This document shows, piece after piece, positions 13,245-22,744 of a stretch of DNA of 59,869 nt. The notes beneath the pieces are model-generated. The model saw nothing but the letters and a program-made list of their open reading frames with translations. It was not told where the DNA came from and ran no database searches. Position numbers and translations under genes: made by a program. Every line of letters begins with the position of its first letter. The first letter of the stretch is position 1. Location of the stretch: the NCBI GenBank assembly GCA_910589335.1, contig CAJUTW010000002.1, positions 1 to 59,869 of the forward strand, in the 5' to 3' direction. The stretch comes from an uncultured Bacilli bacterium (lineage in GTDB: Bacteria > Bacillota_I > Bacilli_A > RF39 > UBA660).

Positions 13245-14778
13245 TTTTGTAAATATAACCTATTCCTAATCCAGTTAAACCTATACCTAAAATTAATATA
13301 ATTATTGAGGATACTGAAGCTGTATCTGGTACAAAAACTTCTTTGGCATTTATAAATGTAATTTGATGTGATAAATGTTCATTATCAATTGTAAATGTTG
13401 CTTTTTCATCGCTTTTAATATAACCTTCTGGAGCACTTTCTTCTTCTACTGTATATGTTCCATCTTCTAGATCTGTTAAAACATATGATTCTTCAGTCGT
13501 TGTGAATCTTGCTACTTCTATTCCTTGAGAATTTTTTACTACTAAAATAGCTCCAGCTAATGGTGTGTTTGTTTCTTGGTCTAACTTTGTAATATTAACT
13601 ACTACTTTTTTTGGTGCATTTTCAATATTAATTGCAACATTTTTATTTACTTCTGATATTGTAAATGTTGTTTTATTTTCATTTAGTAAATATCCTGTTG
13701 GAGCAGTTGTTTCTTCAATAGTATAAGTTCCAGCAGTTAAATTTCTAATTATGTGTGCATTTGTTGTAGATGTCCAGTTTGTTATTATTTTACCATTTGC
13801 ATCTTTTAAAACTAAATTAGCTCCAGCTATTGGTTTTTTAGTATTAGAATCAATTTTAGTTATTGTTACTTTTGATGATTCAATATCTAGAGTTAATTTT
13901 GAAGTTGCTCCTTTTTTAGTAGTTTCTAATACTGCAACATTTTGCATACTGTTGTCATCTGGTTGATATTCATATGCCATATATTGAGTAATTCCGTCTG
14001 TTTTAGCAACTACTTTTATAGAAAAATCGGCTTTATTCATTTTAGTAGTTGGTACTTTAATTCTAAAAGCATCTTTTCCTGTTATTTTAAAGGCTTCTTT
14101 ATAAGTTACTTCTTTTCCATTTGGTTTGATAATCTTAGTTCCTTCTGGAGCATTTTTTAAAGTTACTTTATAGCTTTTTGCATTTTTTAATTTTTTAGCT
14201 TTTATTGGTTTAGAAATATAATAATTATTTTCCAATGTCATGTCAGTTGTATTAGTTAATTCTAATTTAGTTTCTTCATATCCAATTTTATCAGATTTGT
14301 GTTTTTCTGCTTCTGTAACTAATTGTTTAACATATTTTCTTAAATCATGTGGGTCTGATCCATCACCTTTAAATTTATCTCCAAGATTTCTACTTCCTGT
14401 TGTATTATCAAGATACCACCATAATGCTGTTTGAGTAATATAATAATCTTTTGAAGTATCTCCTGTAATAGATTTATATGGATATCCATTTTTTAAAATA
14501 TAGATTAATCCACCATTTATAGTAGGACTATTTTTTACAAGTCTTGCAGTTGTGTTTCTTGCTGTGTTTTTATGAATATCTAAACAATAAAGATATATTC
14601 CTTCAACTGTTTTTTTGTAATGAAATGAAACTCCTGCTATATATTTTTCAGTAACTGGAGCATCCCCTAACTGAATAGTATCAGGTGCTGCAGAAACTTT
14701 AGTAACAGAACAAAATAATATTGATATTACTAAAACAAAAGCTGCTATAAATTTTATTTTCTTTAAAGTTTTTGTCAT
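13228..14778 (-). CDS. Cell-wall-anchored thioester-domain adhesin with two SpaA/Cna-B-type repeats
   Basis: Signal peptide; thioester-domain motifs YLYCLD (Cys) and ITQTALWWY (TQxA-W); two tandem GTYT(I/V)EE..AP.GY domains; C-terminal VPDTA + TM + KNGKKA sorting signal. Start set to ATG 14778 after GGAGGAG. Confidence 0.8.
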   Translation of the reverse strand: MTKTLKKIKFIAAFVLVISILFCSVTKVSAAPDTIQLGDAPVTEKYIAGVSFHYKKTVEGIYLYCLDIHKNTARNTTARLVKNSPTINGGLIYILKNGYPYKSITGDTSKDYYITQTALWWYLDNTTGSRNLGDKFKGDGSDPHDLRKYVKQLVTEAEKHKSDKIGYEETKLELTNTTDMTLENNYYISKPIKAKKLKNAKSYKVTLKNAPEGTKIIKPNGKEVTYKEAFKITGKDAFRIKVPTTKMNKADFSIKVVAKTDGITQYMAYEYQPDDNSMQNVAVLETTKKGATSKLTLDIESSKVTITKIDSNTKKPIAGANLVLKDANGKIITNWTSTTNAHIIRNLTAGTYTIEETTAPTGYLLNENKTTFTISEVNKNVAINIENAPKKVVVNITKLDQETNTPLAGAILVVKNSQGIEVARFTTTEESYVLTDLEDGTYTVEEESAPEGYIKSDEKATFTIDNEHLSHQITFINAKEVFVPDTASVSSIIILILGIGLTGLGIGYIYKNGKKA

Positions 14779-14992
14779 TTTTTCTCCTCCAATCAATTTA
14801 GGTGTTATTATAGCACCATTATTATTATTTTACAAGCATATTATAGATTTATAGTACTATTTTTTATGTAATTCCATATTTTTTATTTTTACATAAAACT
14901 TAATTTCTAAGATTTTATGGATAATTTTTAATCGTGATGATTATAACAAATTTCAAAGTATTTCATATAATAATCTAGAAAAGGAGAGAATT

Positions 14993-16003
14993 ATGAAAAA
15001 AAGAATATTTGTTAATGTGATGTGCCTATGTTTAATATTTATAATAGGAGCTTCAGTATTATTTAATTTCAATGCTAAAAATAAGACTAAAAGTAAAGAA
15101 ATTAAACTTGAAAAAATTACTTTAGCTGAAGTTGCTCATACAGTTTTCTATGCTCCAATGTATGTTGCAATTGAAGAAGATTTCTTCGAAGATGAAGGAA
15201 TTGATATTAATCTAGTACTTACTAGTGGAGCAGATAAAGTTACTGCTGCTGTATTATCTGGAGATGCTCAAATTGGTTTTTCTGGAAGTGAAGCTACAAT
15301 TTATGTTTATAATGCTGGTGAAAAAGATTATTTAAGAACATTTTCACAATTAACTCAAAAAGATGGAACTTTTATAGTTTCTCGTAAAGATATAAAAAAT
15401 TTTAAAATTGAAGATTTAAAAGGTAAAAGTATTATTGGAGGTCGTGCTGCTGGTATGCCAGAGATGACTTTAGAATATGCCTTAAAACAAAATGGTATTG
15501 ATCCAAGAAAAGATGTGGATATTGATACTTCAGTTGCATTTCCTGCTATGAGTGGAGCTTTTATAGGTGGTCAAGGGGACTTTGTTACTCTATTTGAACC
15601 TACTGCTACAATGGTAGAAAATCAAGGTTATGGTCATGTTGTTGCTAGTGTTGGAGAACTTGGTGGTGTTGTTCCATATACTTCATATTCTGCTAGAGAG
15701 AGTTTTTTAAAGAAAAATCCTGAATTAATTAAAAACTTTGATAAAGCAATCCAAAGAGGATTAGATTATGTCCATAATCATAGTGATGAAGAAGTTGCTA
15801 AAGCTATTTTAAAACAATTTCCAGATACATCTATGAATGATTTAGTAAGTGCAGTAAAAAGATATAGAGCTAATGATACATGGCCTAAGACTACTAAATT
15901 TACTAAGGAATCATTTGATCATTTACAAGATATAATGATTGATTATGGTGAATTAAAAACTAAAGTTGATTATAGTAAATTAATGTATGAGATAGAAAAA
16001 TAG
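14993..16003 (+). CDS. ABC transporter substrate-binding protein, NMT1/THI5 - SsuA/TauA-like
   Basis: 336 aa, N-terminal signal/anchor, periplasmic-binding-protein-like layout (YAPMYVA.., GGRAAGMPEMTLEY). Confidence 0.7.
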   Translation: MKKRIFVNVMCLCLIFIIGASVLFNFNAKNKTKSKEIKLEKITLAEVAHTVFYAPMYVAIEEDFFEDEGIDINLVLTSGADKVTAAVLSGDAQIGFSGSEATIYVYNAGEKDYLRTFSQLTQKDGTFIVSRKDIKNFKIEDLKGKSIIGGRAAGMPEMTLEYALKQNGIDPRKDVDIDTSVAFPAMSGAFIGGQGDFVTLFEPTATMVENQGYGHVVASVGELGGVVPYTSYSARESFLKKNPELIKNFDKAIQRGLDYVHNHSDEEVAKAILKQFPDTSMNDLVSAVKRYRANDTWPKTTKFTKESFDHLQDIMIDYGELKTKVDYSKLMYEIEK

Positions 16004-16010
16004 AAAATAA

Positions 16011-16036
16011 AGCCACTAGAATATAGTGGTTTTTCT
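16011..16036 (+). terminator. Rho-independent terminator after the substrate-binding protein gene
   Basis: Stem AGCCACTA / TAGTGGTT with a 5-nt loop, followed by TTTTTC. Confidence 0.6.
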
Positions 16037-16051
16037 CATTAAATTTTTAAT

Positions 16052-17398
16052 TTAACTTTTACTAATTTTTTTATTAATATTATCTTTAATAAATTCTATA
16101 TTTTTTATAGATGATGCTAATATAATAAATATTAAAATATGAAGTATATAAGCATAACGTGGAGATATTTCTATAAATAAATAAACACCAAAATATAAGC
16201 CAATTAATAGCTTTATGAAAATAATTTCTTTTTTAGTTTCCTTTTTTATAGGGAATAGTCCAATGACAAATAACAATAAAGTTAAATTTAATATAGCTTG
16301 ATTAAATTTTAATAATAAATTATAAAACTCTTTATTAAAGTTATTATTAATTCTTAAATCATAATTTGTTTGAGTCCAAAGTATTACTTCTTTTTTTATA
16401 AATAAAATTGGGAACTTAAATTTATCTTTTTTAATTCTATCTAATAGTAATTTTTCCTCATTTCTGGTATTAAAATATCTTTTAGCATCATCATTATTAT
16501 AAATTCCATTATGTTCAGTATTTAATCCACAATAAAACTTCCAAACTTTGACATTTTTATCTATAGTTGTTTCTTCATTTGTATTTTTAAAAAGAGGACT
16601 TATATTTAATAAAAAAGTTGTTAGATTCGTAAAAAGAAAATAAACAAATAAAAGAATAATAATATTTATTAATTTAGTTTTATAATTTTTCTTTGTAGAA
16701 AATATCAAACTATATAAAACTAATCCTAGAATAATTACTATAGATTCGTTTCTAAAGAAATTAGCTATTCCTAATAAAAGGGCAAGTACTATAAATAATT
16801 TTTTAGTTTCTTTTTTTGTGATTACTAAATAAATTACTAGCATTATAATTAGTGTTTGAATATGTTGATTTGTTAATACAGAATTTAAATATATAGGATA
16901 AAGATAAAGAATATAACCTAGAGATATCATTCTAGCATATTCTTCTTTATAAATTTTCTTACTTATAAGATAGATAAATAACACTATTAAAGAAGTAATT
17001 ATACTATTCATTATCTTTAGTATAATTACATTATTAATTATTTTTAAAAGAATTGCTTGATAAAGAACAAGACCTAATTGATATGGATAAGTTTTAAAAT
17101 AAAAGCCATTCATAAAATCTAAATTGCCTTTAATTAAATTAGTTGATGCATCATACATTGTTTTAAAGTCGTCAGTAATTTCAACTTTAAGAATAAATAT
17201 TGTAAATAATCTAATTAAAAGTGCTAAGACAAAGATAAAAAGTCCATATCTTTTTATCTTAACTTTTTTTATAAACAAATATATTAATGGTAAGATTGGG
17301 ATTATTAAAAGGGTCGTTAATTTTTCTTTTGTAAATAGAATCATTCCTAAAAAAAGTATAAATAAAATATATTCACAAAGTTTTATTATTTTTTTCAT
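16052..17398 (-). CDS. Polytopic membrane protein, GT-C (ArnT/PMT-like) glycosyltransferase suspected
   Basis: ~448 aa with more than 10 predicted TM helices, next to other envelope genes. Start set to ATG 17398 (MKKIIKL). Confidence 0.5.
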   Translation of the reverse strand: MKKIIKLCEYILFILFLGMILFTKEKLTTLLIIPILPLIYLFIKKVKIKRYGLFIFVLALLIRLFTIFILKVEITDDFKTMYDASTNLIKGNLDFMNGFYFKTYPYQLGLVLYQAILLKIINNVIILKIMNSIITSLIVLFIYLISKKIYKEEYARMISLGYILYLYPIYLNSVLTNQHIQTLIIMLVIYLVITKKETKKLFIVLALLLGIANFFRNESIVIILGLVLYSLIFSTKKNYKTKLINIIILLFVYFLFTNLTTFLLNISPLFKNTNEETTIDKNVKVWKFYCGLNTEHNGIYNNDDAKRYFNTRNEEKLLLDRIKKDKFKFPILFIKKEVILWTQTNYDLRINNNFNKEFYNLLLKFNQAILNLTLLLFVIGLFPIKKETKKEIIFIKLLIGLYFGVYLFIEISPRYAYILHILIFIILASSIKNIEFIKDNINKKISKS

Positions 17399-17485
17399 AT
17401 TATCCCATCTTTCATTTAAAATGATACCATATGAGAACTTTATTTTCAAATATATCTATGTTAAACTTAGATAAGGTGATTATTT

Positions 17486-18955
17486 GTGAAAAAGTTTTTA
17501 AAAAAAGATAATCTTTTATGGCTAGGAATTATTTTTTTTATATTAATAATTGTACATTTTCCACTATTAACAAAAAATATAATTGGAGCTGATATTTTAT
17601 TAAATAATTATTATTATGAAGGGTATTCATGGGAACTATCATTAGGAAGATTTGGACTACTTTTAGTAGGATTTATAAAGGGGTTTTTATCTGTTCCATA
17701 TATGGATTTATTTATTAGTTTTTTACTAATTGGAATGAGTATTTTGTTAATTATAGATTTATTTGAAATAAAAAAAACTATAACAAAAATTCTTTGTATA
17801 ATTCTATTTAGTTTATCCCCTATTGTCTCTGCAACACTACTTTTTCATTATTGTGCTATAGGTTATTTTTTAGCTTTTTTTACTGGGATATTTTCTATTT
17901 ATATTTTTTATAAAGCAAAAAATAAATATTTAAAATATATGGTTTCTCTTTTAGCTATAATTATTAGTTTATCAATGTATCAAGCTTATTTTTCTTTAAT
18001 TATTACTTTTTTTGTAATATATAATTTATATCTTTTACTTAATAATAAAATTAATTATAAAGAGGCTTTTAAATATTTATTAATTTTTATTTTAGGTGTT
18101 ATTTTATACTTTATCATGATGAAATTAACATTAGTTATTTTTGATATTAATATGGCAAATTATAGTAATGCTAATAAAATTGGAATTGATACTATTTTTA
18201 AGTTTCCATCGAAGTTTGTAGACTCATATATTTTATTTTATAAATTCTTTTTCACAGATAAAATAGTTAAAAATACTTATGTTTATAATCATATAATTAA
18301 TTTATTACTACTAATAATATTATTAATAAATTTAACTTTAATAGTTTATAAAAATAAAGTTTCAATTTCTAATATAATTATGGGTATTTTAATTATAGTT
18401 CTTTTACCAGTATTTTTAAATTCAGTAATTTTTGTTATAAATGATGCTAAATTACAATTACTTATGAGTACAAGTTATTTATTTATATTTCTTTTAATAA
18501 TTATTTTAAATGAATATGAATTTAAAATAAAATATTTAACTTTATTTTTACTAATTATATTATTTAGAAATTATTTAATACAAGATCAAGCATCTTATGT
18601 GAGTTTAGAAAATTCTTTTAATAAATATAAAACTATAATAGATAGTTCTATTTTAAAAAATGTAAATGATTTAGATAAAAAATTTGTAATAATTGGAAAA
18701 ATTAATGATAAAAAAGATAATTCTTTAGCAAAAATATATGATTTAAATTATGGATATATTTGTGATGATAATATATTTTGGGATGAATATAATTTACGTA
18801 AACTTGCTTTTTTAAGATTTGTTTATGAATATTATGGTTTAGAAATAAATTTTGCTTTAGAAGATGAATATAATTATATTTTAAATAATAGGAATACTGA
18901 TGATATTTTATATTCTATTAATGATATAAATGTAATTGATTTTTATAATTATTGA
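17486..18955 (+). CDS. Polytopic membrane protein, putative glycopolymer glycosyltransferase/polymerase
   Basis: 489 aa with ~11 TM helices and a soluble C-terminal domain. GTG start 17486 follows AAGGTGA. Confidence 0.5.
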   Translation: MKKFLKKDNLLWLGIIFFILIIVHFPLLTKNIIGADILLNNYYYEGYSWELSLGRFGLLLVGFIKGFLSVPYMDLFISFLLIGMSILLIIDLFEIKKTITKILCIILFSLSPIVSATLLFHYCAIGYFLAFFTGIFSIYIFYKAKNKYLKYMVSLLAIIISLSMYQAYFSLIITFFVIYNLYLLLNNKINYKEAFKYLLIFILGVILYFIMMKLTLVIFDINMANYSNANKIGIDTIFKFPSKFVDSYILFYKFFFTDKIVKNTYVYNHIINLLLLIILLINLTLIVYKNKVSISNIIMGILIIVLLPVFLNSVIFVINDAKLQLLMSTSYLFIFLLIIILNEYEFKIKYLTLFLLIILFRNYLIQDQASYVSLENSFNKYKTIIDSSILKNVNDLDKKFVIIGKINDKKDNSLAKIYDLNYGYICDDNIFWDEYNLRKLAFLRFVYEYYGLEINFALEDEYNYILNNRNTDDILYSINDINVIDFYNY

Positions 18956-19030
18956 TGTTTATTAAATAAGTTATTTTATATTTTAGTTATTTATGATAAA
19001 ATATATGTAATTTAAGGAGGCGATATTTTG

Positions 19031-20440
19031 ATGCGAAAAAAAATATTGTTAAATATAATAAGTCTTATTGTTTTAATTGTTATGATAATGCTTACGTTAA
19101 CTATTCTTAGTTTAAATGTTTTACCTAGTAAATATTTAATGTTATTTATAGGAGCTGAAATTATTTTTTACTTAGTAGCTTTAGTTTTTTATAATTTAAA
19201 ACATTGGGTTTTTATAACTTTAGGAGTCTTATTTTATATAATTAGTGTAAGTGGAAATTTATTTGGTTATTATTATTTGAGTAAAACTAATAAATATTTA
19301 GAAGAAAATTTTGCGGTAGATTCATATGAGATTACTACTAAATATGTCGTTGTTGCTAATATAAATGATAGTGCTAATAATATTAAAGAAATAAAAAAAG
19401 AAAATAAAATTAATTATTATAAATATGGTCGTTCTATAAGTAAGGCTTTAAAGACTTTAGGTAATTATAATTATGTGGAAACTGATAAAGGAATTGATGC
19501 TTTAAATGATGTTACAACTAATAATAATTATTTCTTAGTAGCAAAAGCAAGTTATGATTATTTATTAGAATCAACTAATTTAATTGTAAAAGATAATTAT
19601 AAAATTATTTATGAGTTTGATGTTTTAGAAAAAGTAAAGAAAAATACTAATGTTCCTGATTCTTATAATATATATATTAATGGTTTAGATTATACTGGAA
19701 TTATGAGAGATTATAATTTAATTGCTACAATTAATACTAAGACAAGGAAAGTAGTTCTTACTTCTATACCAAGAGATTTTTATATTGATGTTCCTGCTTA
19801 TAATATGAAGGATACATTAATGTGTATGGGTTCTCTTGATGCAGAAGTTAGTAAAGAAGCTTTAGAAAAATTATTTAATACTAAAATTGATTATACAATT
19901 AATTTTAATACTAATAGCTTAGTTTCTATTGTTGATACTATTGGTGGAGTTGAGTTTTGTTCAAAGTATGATTTTTATACTACTCATGATTTGAATTTAG
20001 GAAGTTATTCTGATAAAGGTGAAAAACTTCATGTTACAAAGGAATGTCGTACATATAATGGACTTGAAACTTTAGCTATAGCACGTCAAAGGATGGGACT
20101 ACCTGGAAGAGATAGAGCTAGACAAGAAAATTGTAGACAAATACTTATTAATATAGTTAAAAAATTAGCATCTACTACTACTTTAAAAAATTATGATAAT
20201 GTTTTAAAATCATTTGATGGATTATATACTACAGATATGAATAAAACAGTAATTTCTAATTTAATAAAAATTGGAATTGATGATATGAATTTTGATATAA
20301 TAGAACAAAGTGTTGATGGTGTTGATGGTATTGGAATTGGTCATCTTGGAACACAAGAGTCATGGATTATGACACCTGATATGAATATTGTTAATAACGC
20401 TAGTAAAAAGATTAATGAAGTTTTGAAAGAAAAGAAGTAA
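19031..20440 (+). CDS. LytR-CpsA-Psr (LCP) family cell-wall glycopolymer ligase
   Basis: Two N-terminal TM helices, LTSIPRDFYIDVP and ARQRMGLPGRDRARQ motifs typical of LCP. AAGGAGG lies upstream; the start is ATG 19031 or TTG 19028. Confidence 0.8.
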   Translation: MRKKILLNIISLIVLIVMIMLTLTILSLNVLPSKYLMLFIGAEIIFYLVALVFYNLKHWVFITLGVLFYIISVSGNLFGYYYLSKTNKYLEENFAVDSYEITTKYVVVANINDSANNIKEIKKENKINYYKYGRSISKALKTLGNYNYVETDKGIDALNDVTTNNNYFLVAKASYDYLLESTNLIVKDNYKIIYEFDVLEKVKKNTNVPDSYNIYINGLDYTGIMRDYNLIATINTKTRKVVLTSIPRDFYIDVPAYNMKDTLMCMGSLDAEVSKEALEKLFNTKIDYTINFNTNSLVSIVDTIGGVEFCSKYDFYTTHDLNLGSYSDKGEKLHVTKECRTYNGLETLAIARQRMGLPGRDRARQENCRQILINIVKKLASTTTLKNYDNVLKSFDGLYTTDMNKTVISNLIKIGIDDMNFDIIEQSVDGVDGIGIGHLGTQESWIMTPDMNIVNNASKKINEVLKEKK

Positions 20441-20456
20441 TATAAGATTTAATTAG

Positions 20457-20489
20457 AAAAAGAAATTTAATTAAAAGATTTCTTTTTTT
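20457..20489 (+). terminator. Candidate terminator after the LCP gene
   Basis: AAAAAGAAAT / ATTTCTTTTT arms around an 11-nt loop, then a T-run. The stem is almost all A-T, so it is weak. Confidence 0.4.
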
Positions 20490-20604
20490 GTATATAAAAT
20501 TTTTTCTTTTATTTCTTTTATTTATTTTCTATGTAATTTTAATAATATTTTTAATTTTTAAATCAAATAAAAAAACATGATATAATAATTTAAAGGAGAT
20601 AACT

Positions 20605-21152
20605 ATGAAAATTGGAATAGATATAGATGATACAATTACAGATACAAGAAGTCTTCAAATAAAATACTGGAAAGATTATATAAAAAGTTATCCTAATGAA
20701 AATTATACAGAAAATTTGCCAGATTCAATAAACGGTTTTTCTGATTCCTATGTACAAATCTTTTGGGATATATACCGTGAACAACTTTTTGATGCTCCTA
20801 TAAAAATAATGTTGATTTAATAACTAATAAATTAAAAGAAAATGGTCATACATTATGTATTATTACTTCAAGATGTGATGATAAATATTTAGATTTAAAG
20901 AAAAGAATTAGAGAATTTATGGAATTTAATAATATTCATATTGATATCATTTATACAGGTATTAGAAATAAAGGTAAATTTTGTTATGAAAATAATTTTG
21001 ATTTATTTATAGATGATAGTATAGACCATGTAAAAGCAGCAAAAGAATATGGGATAAATGCAATTTTATTTAATAAAAATACAAATTATGAAGGATTACA
21101 AACTGATAATTGGTCAGATTTATATGAAATAATAAAAAAAATGAATTTATAA
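20605..21152 (+). pseudogene. HAD-superfamily phosphatase (5'-nucleotidase-like), frameshifted
   Basis: The first ORF has HAD motif I (IGIDIDDTITDT). The second ORF's frame is open from 20793 and carries TLCIITSR and LFIDDS..H motifs. The two frames join if one A is added to the A5 run at 20802-20806. Confidence 0.7.
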
Positions 21153-21354
21153 TTATAATTCATTTTTTATTTTTATATAGTCATCATAAAACCAATTAAA
21201 CCTTGCATTTTCTATTTTATATTTCATATTAATATCCTCTTGTTATCATTTTTTAAAATTTTACTTTAATGTTATACATATTAAATTTATAATAGCAATT
21301 GTTTTTATCAATTTTAAATTTTTCTCATAAACTATTATAGTTGGGAGGTTTTTT

Positions 21355-22098
21355 ATGACTAAGCTACTAAGTATTAATAATTTAAGAAAAATATATCATA
21401 CTCATGATACAGAAATAGTTGCAATTGATGATGTTTCTTTTTCAATTTCTAAGGGTGAATTTATTTCTATTGTTGGTCCTAGTGGTTGTGGAAAATCAAC
21501 TATTTTATCTATTTTAAGTAACTTGATTCCAAGTTCTGGTGGAGAAATAAGTTTAAAAGATTCTAGTTTGGCTTATATGTTACAAGAAGACTGCTTGTTA
21601 CCTTTTAGAACAATTTTGGATAATTGTTTGATTGGCCTTGAAGTAACAGGTAATTTAAATAAAGAAAGTAAAAATTATGTTATAAATCTTTTGAAAACTT
21701 ATGGTCTTGGAGACTTTATGTATAAATATCCTAATAATTTATCTGGAGGGATGAGACAAAGATGTGCTTTAATTAGAACTTTAGCTACTAAACCTGATAT
21801 TTTACTTTTAGATGAAGCTATGTCTGCACTTGATTATCAATCACGTTTAGCAATTAGTGATGATATTTATAAAATTATTAAAAATGAAGGTAAAACTGTA
21901 ATAATGGTTACTCATGATATAGCTGAAGCTATAAGTATGTCTGATAGAATAATTGTTCTTACTAAAAGGCCATCTAAAGTAAAAAAAATATATGAAGTTA
22001 AATTTGAAAATAAATCTACTCCTATAAATAATAGAAAAGCAAAAGAATTTTCAATTTATTATGATAAGATATGGAGGGATTTAGATGTACACATTTAG
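21355..22098 (+). CDS. ABC transporter ATP-binding protein (SsuB/TauB-like)
   Basis: Walker A GPSGCGKST, signature LSGGMRQR, Walker B ILLLDEA, H-loop VTHD. Confidence 0.88.
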   Translation: MTKLLSINNLRKIYHTHDTEIVAIDDVSFSISKGEFISIVGPSGCGKSTILSILSNLIPSSGGEISLKDSSLAYMLQEDCLLPFRTILDNCLIGLEVTGNLNKESKNYVINLLKTYGLGDFMYKYPNNLSGGMRQRCALIRTLATKPDILLLDEAMSALDYQSRLAISDDIYKIIKNEGKTVIMVTHDIAEAISMSDRIIVLTKRPSKVKKIYEVKFENKSTPINNRKAKEFSIYYDKIWRDLDVHI

Positions 22099-22711
22099 TG
22101 ATGAACATAAAAATTATTTAAAAAAAATTAAACATGAAAAAATAATTGTAGGTTTTTTTAAATTTTTTATAATATTTATATTTTTACTTTTATGGGAAAT
22201 TTTAGCGAAATATTCAATAATTAATACTTTCTTGTATTCTAGTCCATCAAGAGTTATTAACACAATTATTTCTTTATTTAATAGTGGAGAATTATTTACA
22301 CATATTGGTATTACTTTATATGAAGTCTTTATAAGTTTTTTATTTGCTACTTTAATAGGTTTATTTTTTGCTACTATACTTTGGTTTAATAAAATTTTAG
22401 CTAAAGTGGTCGATCCTTATTTAACTATATTAAATTCTCTTCCTAAAGTAGCATTAGGACCTTTAATTATAATATGGGTTGGGGCTAGTATAAATTCAAT
22501 TATATTTATGGCTTTAATGATTAGTTCTTTTGTAACTATTATTAATATTTATAATGGATTTATTAATGTAAATAAAAATTATGTAGTTATGCTTAAAAGT
22601 TTTGGAGCTAGTAAATGGCAAATTTTTAAAAAAATAATTTTTCCAAGTAATATTTTAAATATTATTTCTGCTTTAAAAATTAATGTTTCTATGAGTTTAA
22701 TTGGGAGCTAA
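22085..22711 (+). CDS. ABC transporter permease (SsuC/TauC-like), 3'-truncated at the mobile-element junction
   Basis: 208 aa ending ...KINVSMSLIGS. The ORF stops inside what should be the last TM region of this ~250-aa family. Its TAA (22709-22711) lies at the start of the att-like half-site. Confidence 0.7.
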   Translation: MYTFSDEHKNYLKKIKHEKIIVGFFKFFIIFIFLLLWEILAKYSIINTFLYSSPSRVINTIISLFNSGELFTHIGITLYEVFISFLFATLIGLFFATILWFNKILAKVVDPYLTILNSLPKVALGPLIIIWVGASINSIIFMALMISSFVTIINIYNGFINVNKNYVVMLKSFGASKWQIFKKIIFPSNILNIISALKINVSMSLIGS

Positions 22712-22733
22712 GACATATGTAGAGAAAACTATA
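22700..22733. other. Left junction / att-like site (chromosomal arm + recombinase-proximal half-site)
   Basis: AAGACATATGTAGAGAAAACTA (22710-22731) lies 13 nt from the recombinase-1 stop. A related half-site lies 12 nt from the recombinase-2 stop. Confidence 0.45.
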
Positions 22734-22744
22734 TATTTTTTATG

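Noticed and set aside
14797-14992. TPP or other riboswitch upstream of the NMT1/THI5-like binding-protein gene. The 21153-21354 region upstream of the ABC ATPase was also checked.
   Set aside because: No conserved riboswitch cores (for example CUGAGA...ACCUGA) or convincing multi-stem structure are visible. The sequence is just AT-rich promoter-like DNA.
21153-21227. 24-aa minus-strand ORF (MKYKIENARFNWFYDDYIKIKNEL) with an AGAGGA SD, downstream of the HAD pseudogene.
   Set aside because: It is very short and has no conservation evidence or recognisable features. It could easily arise by chance.
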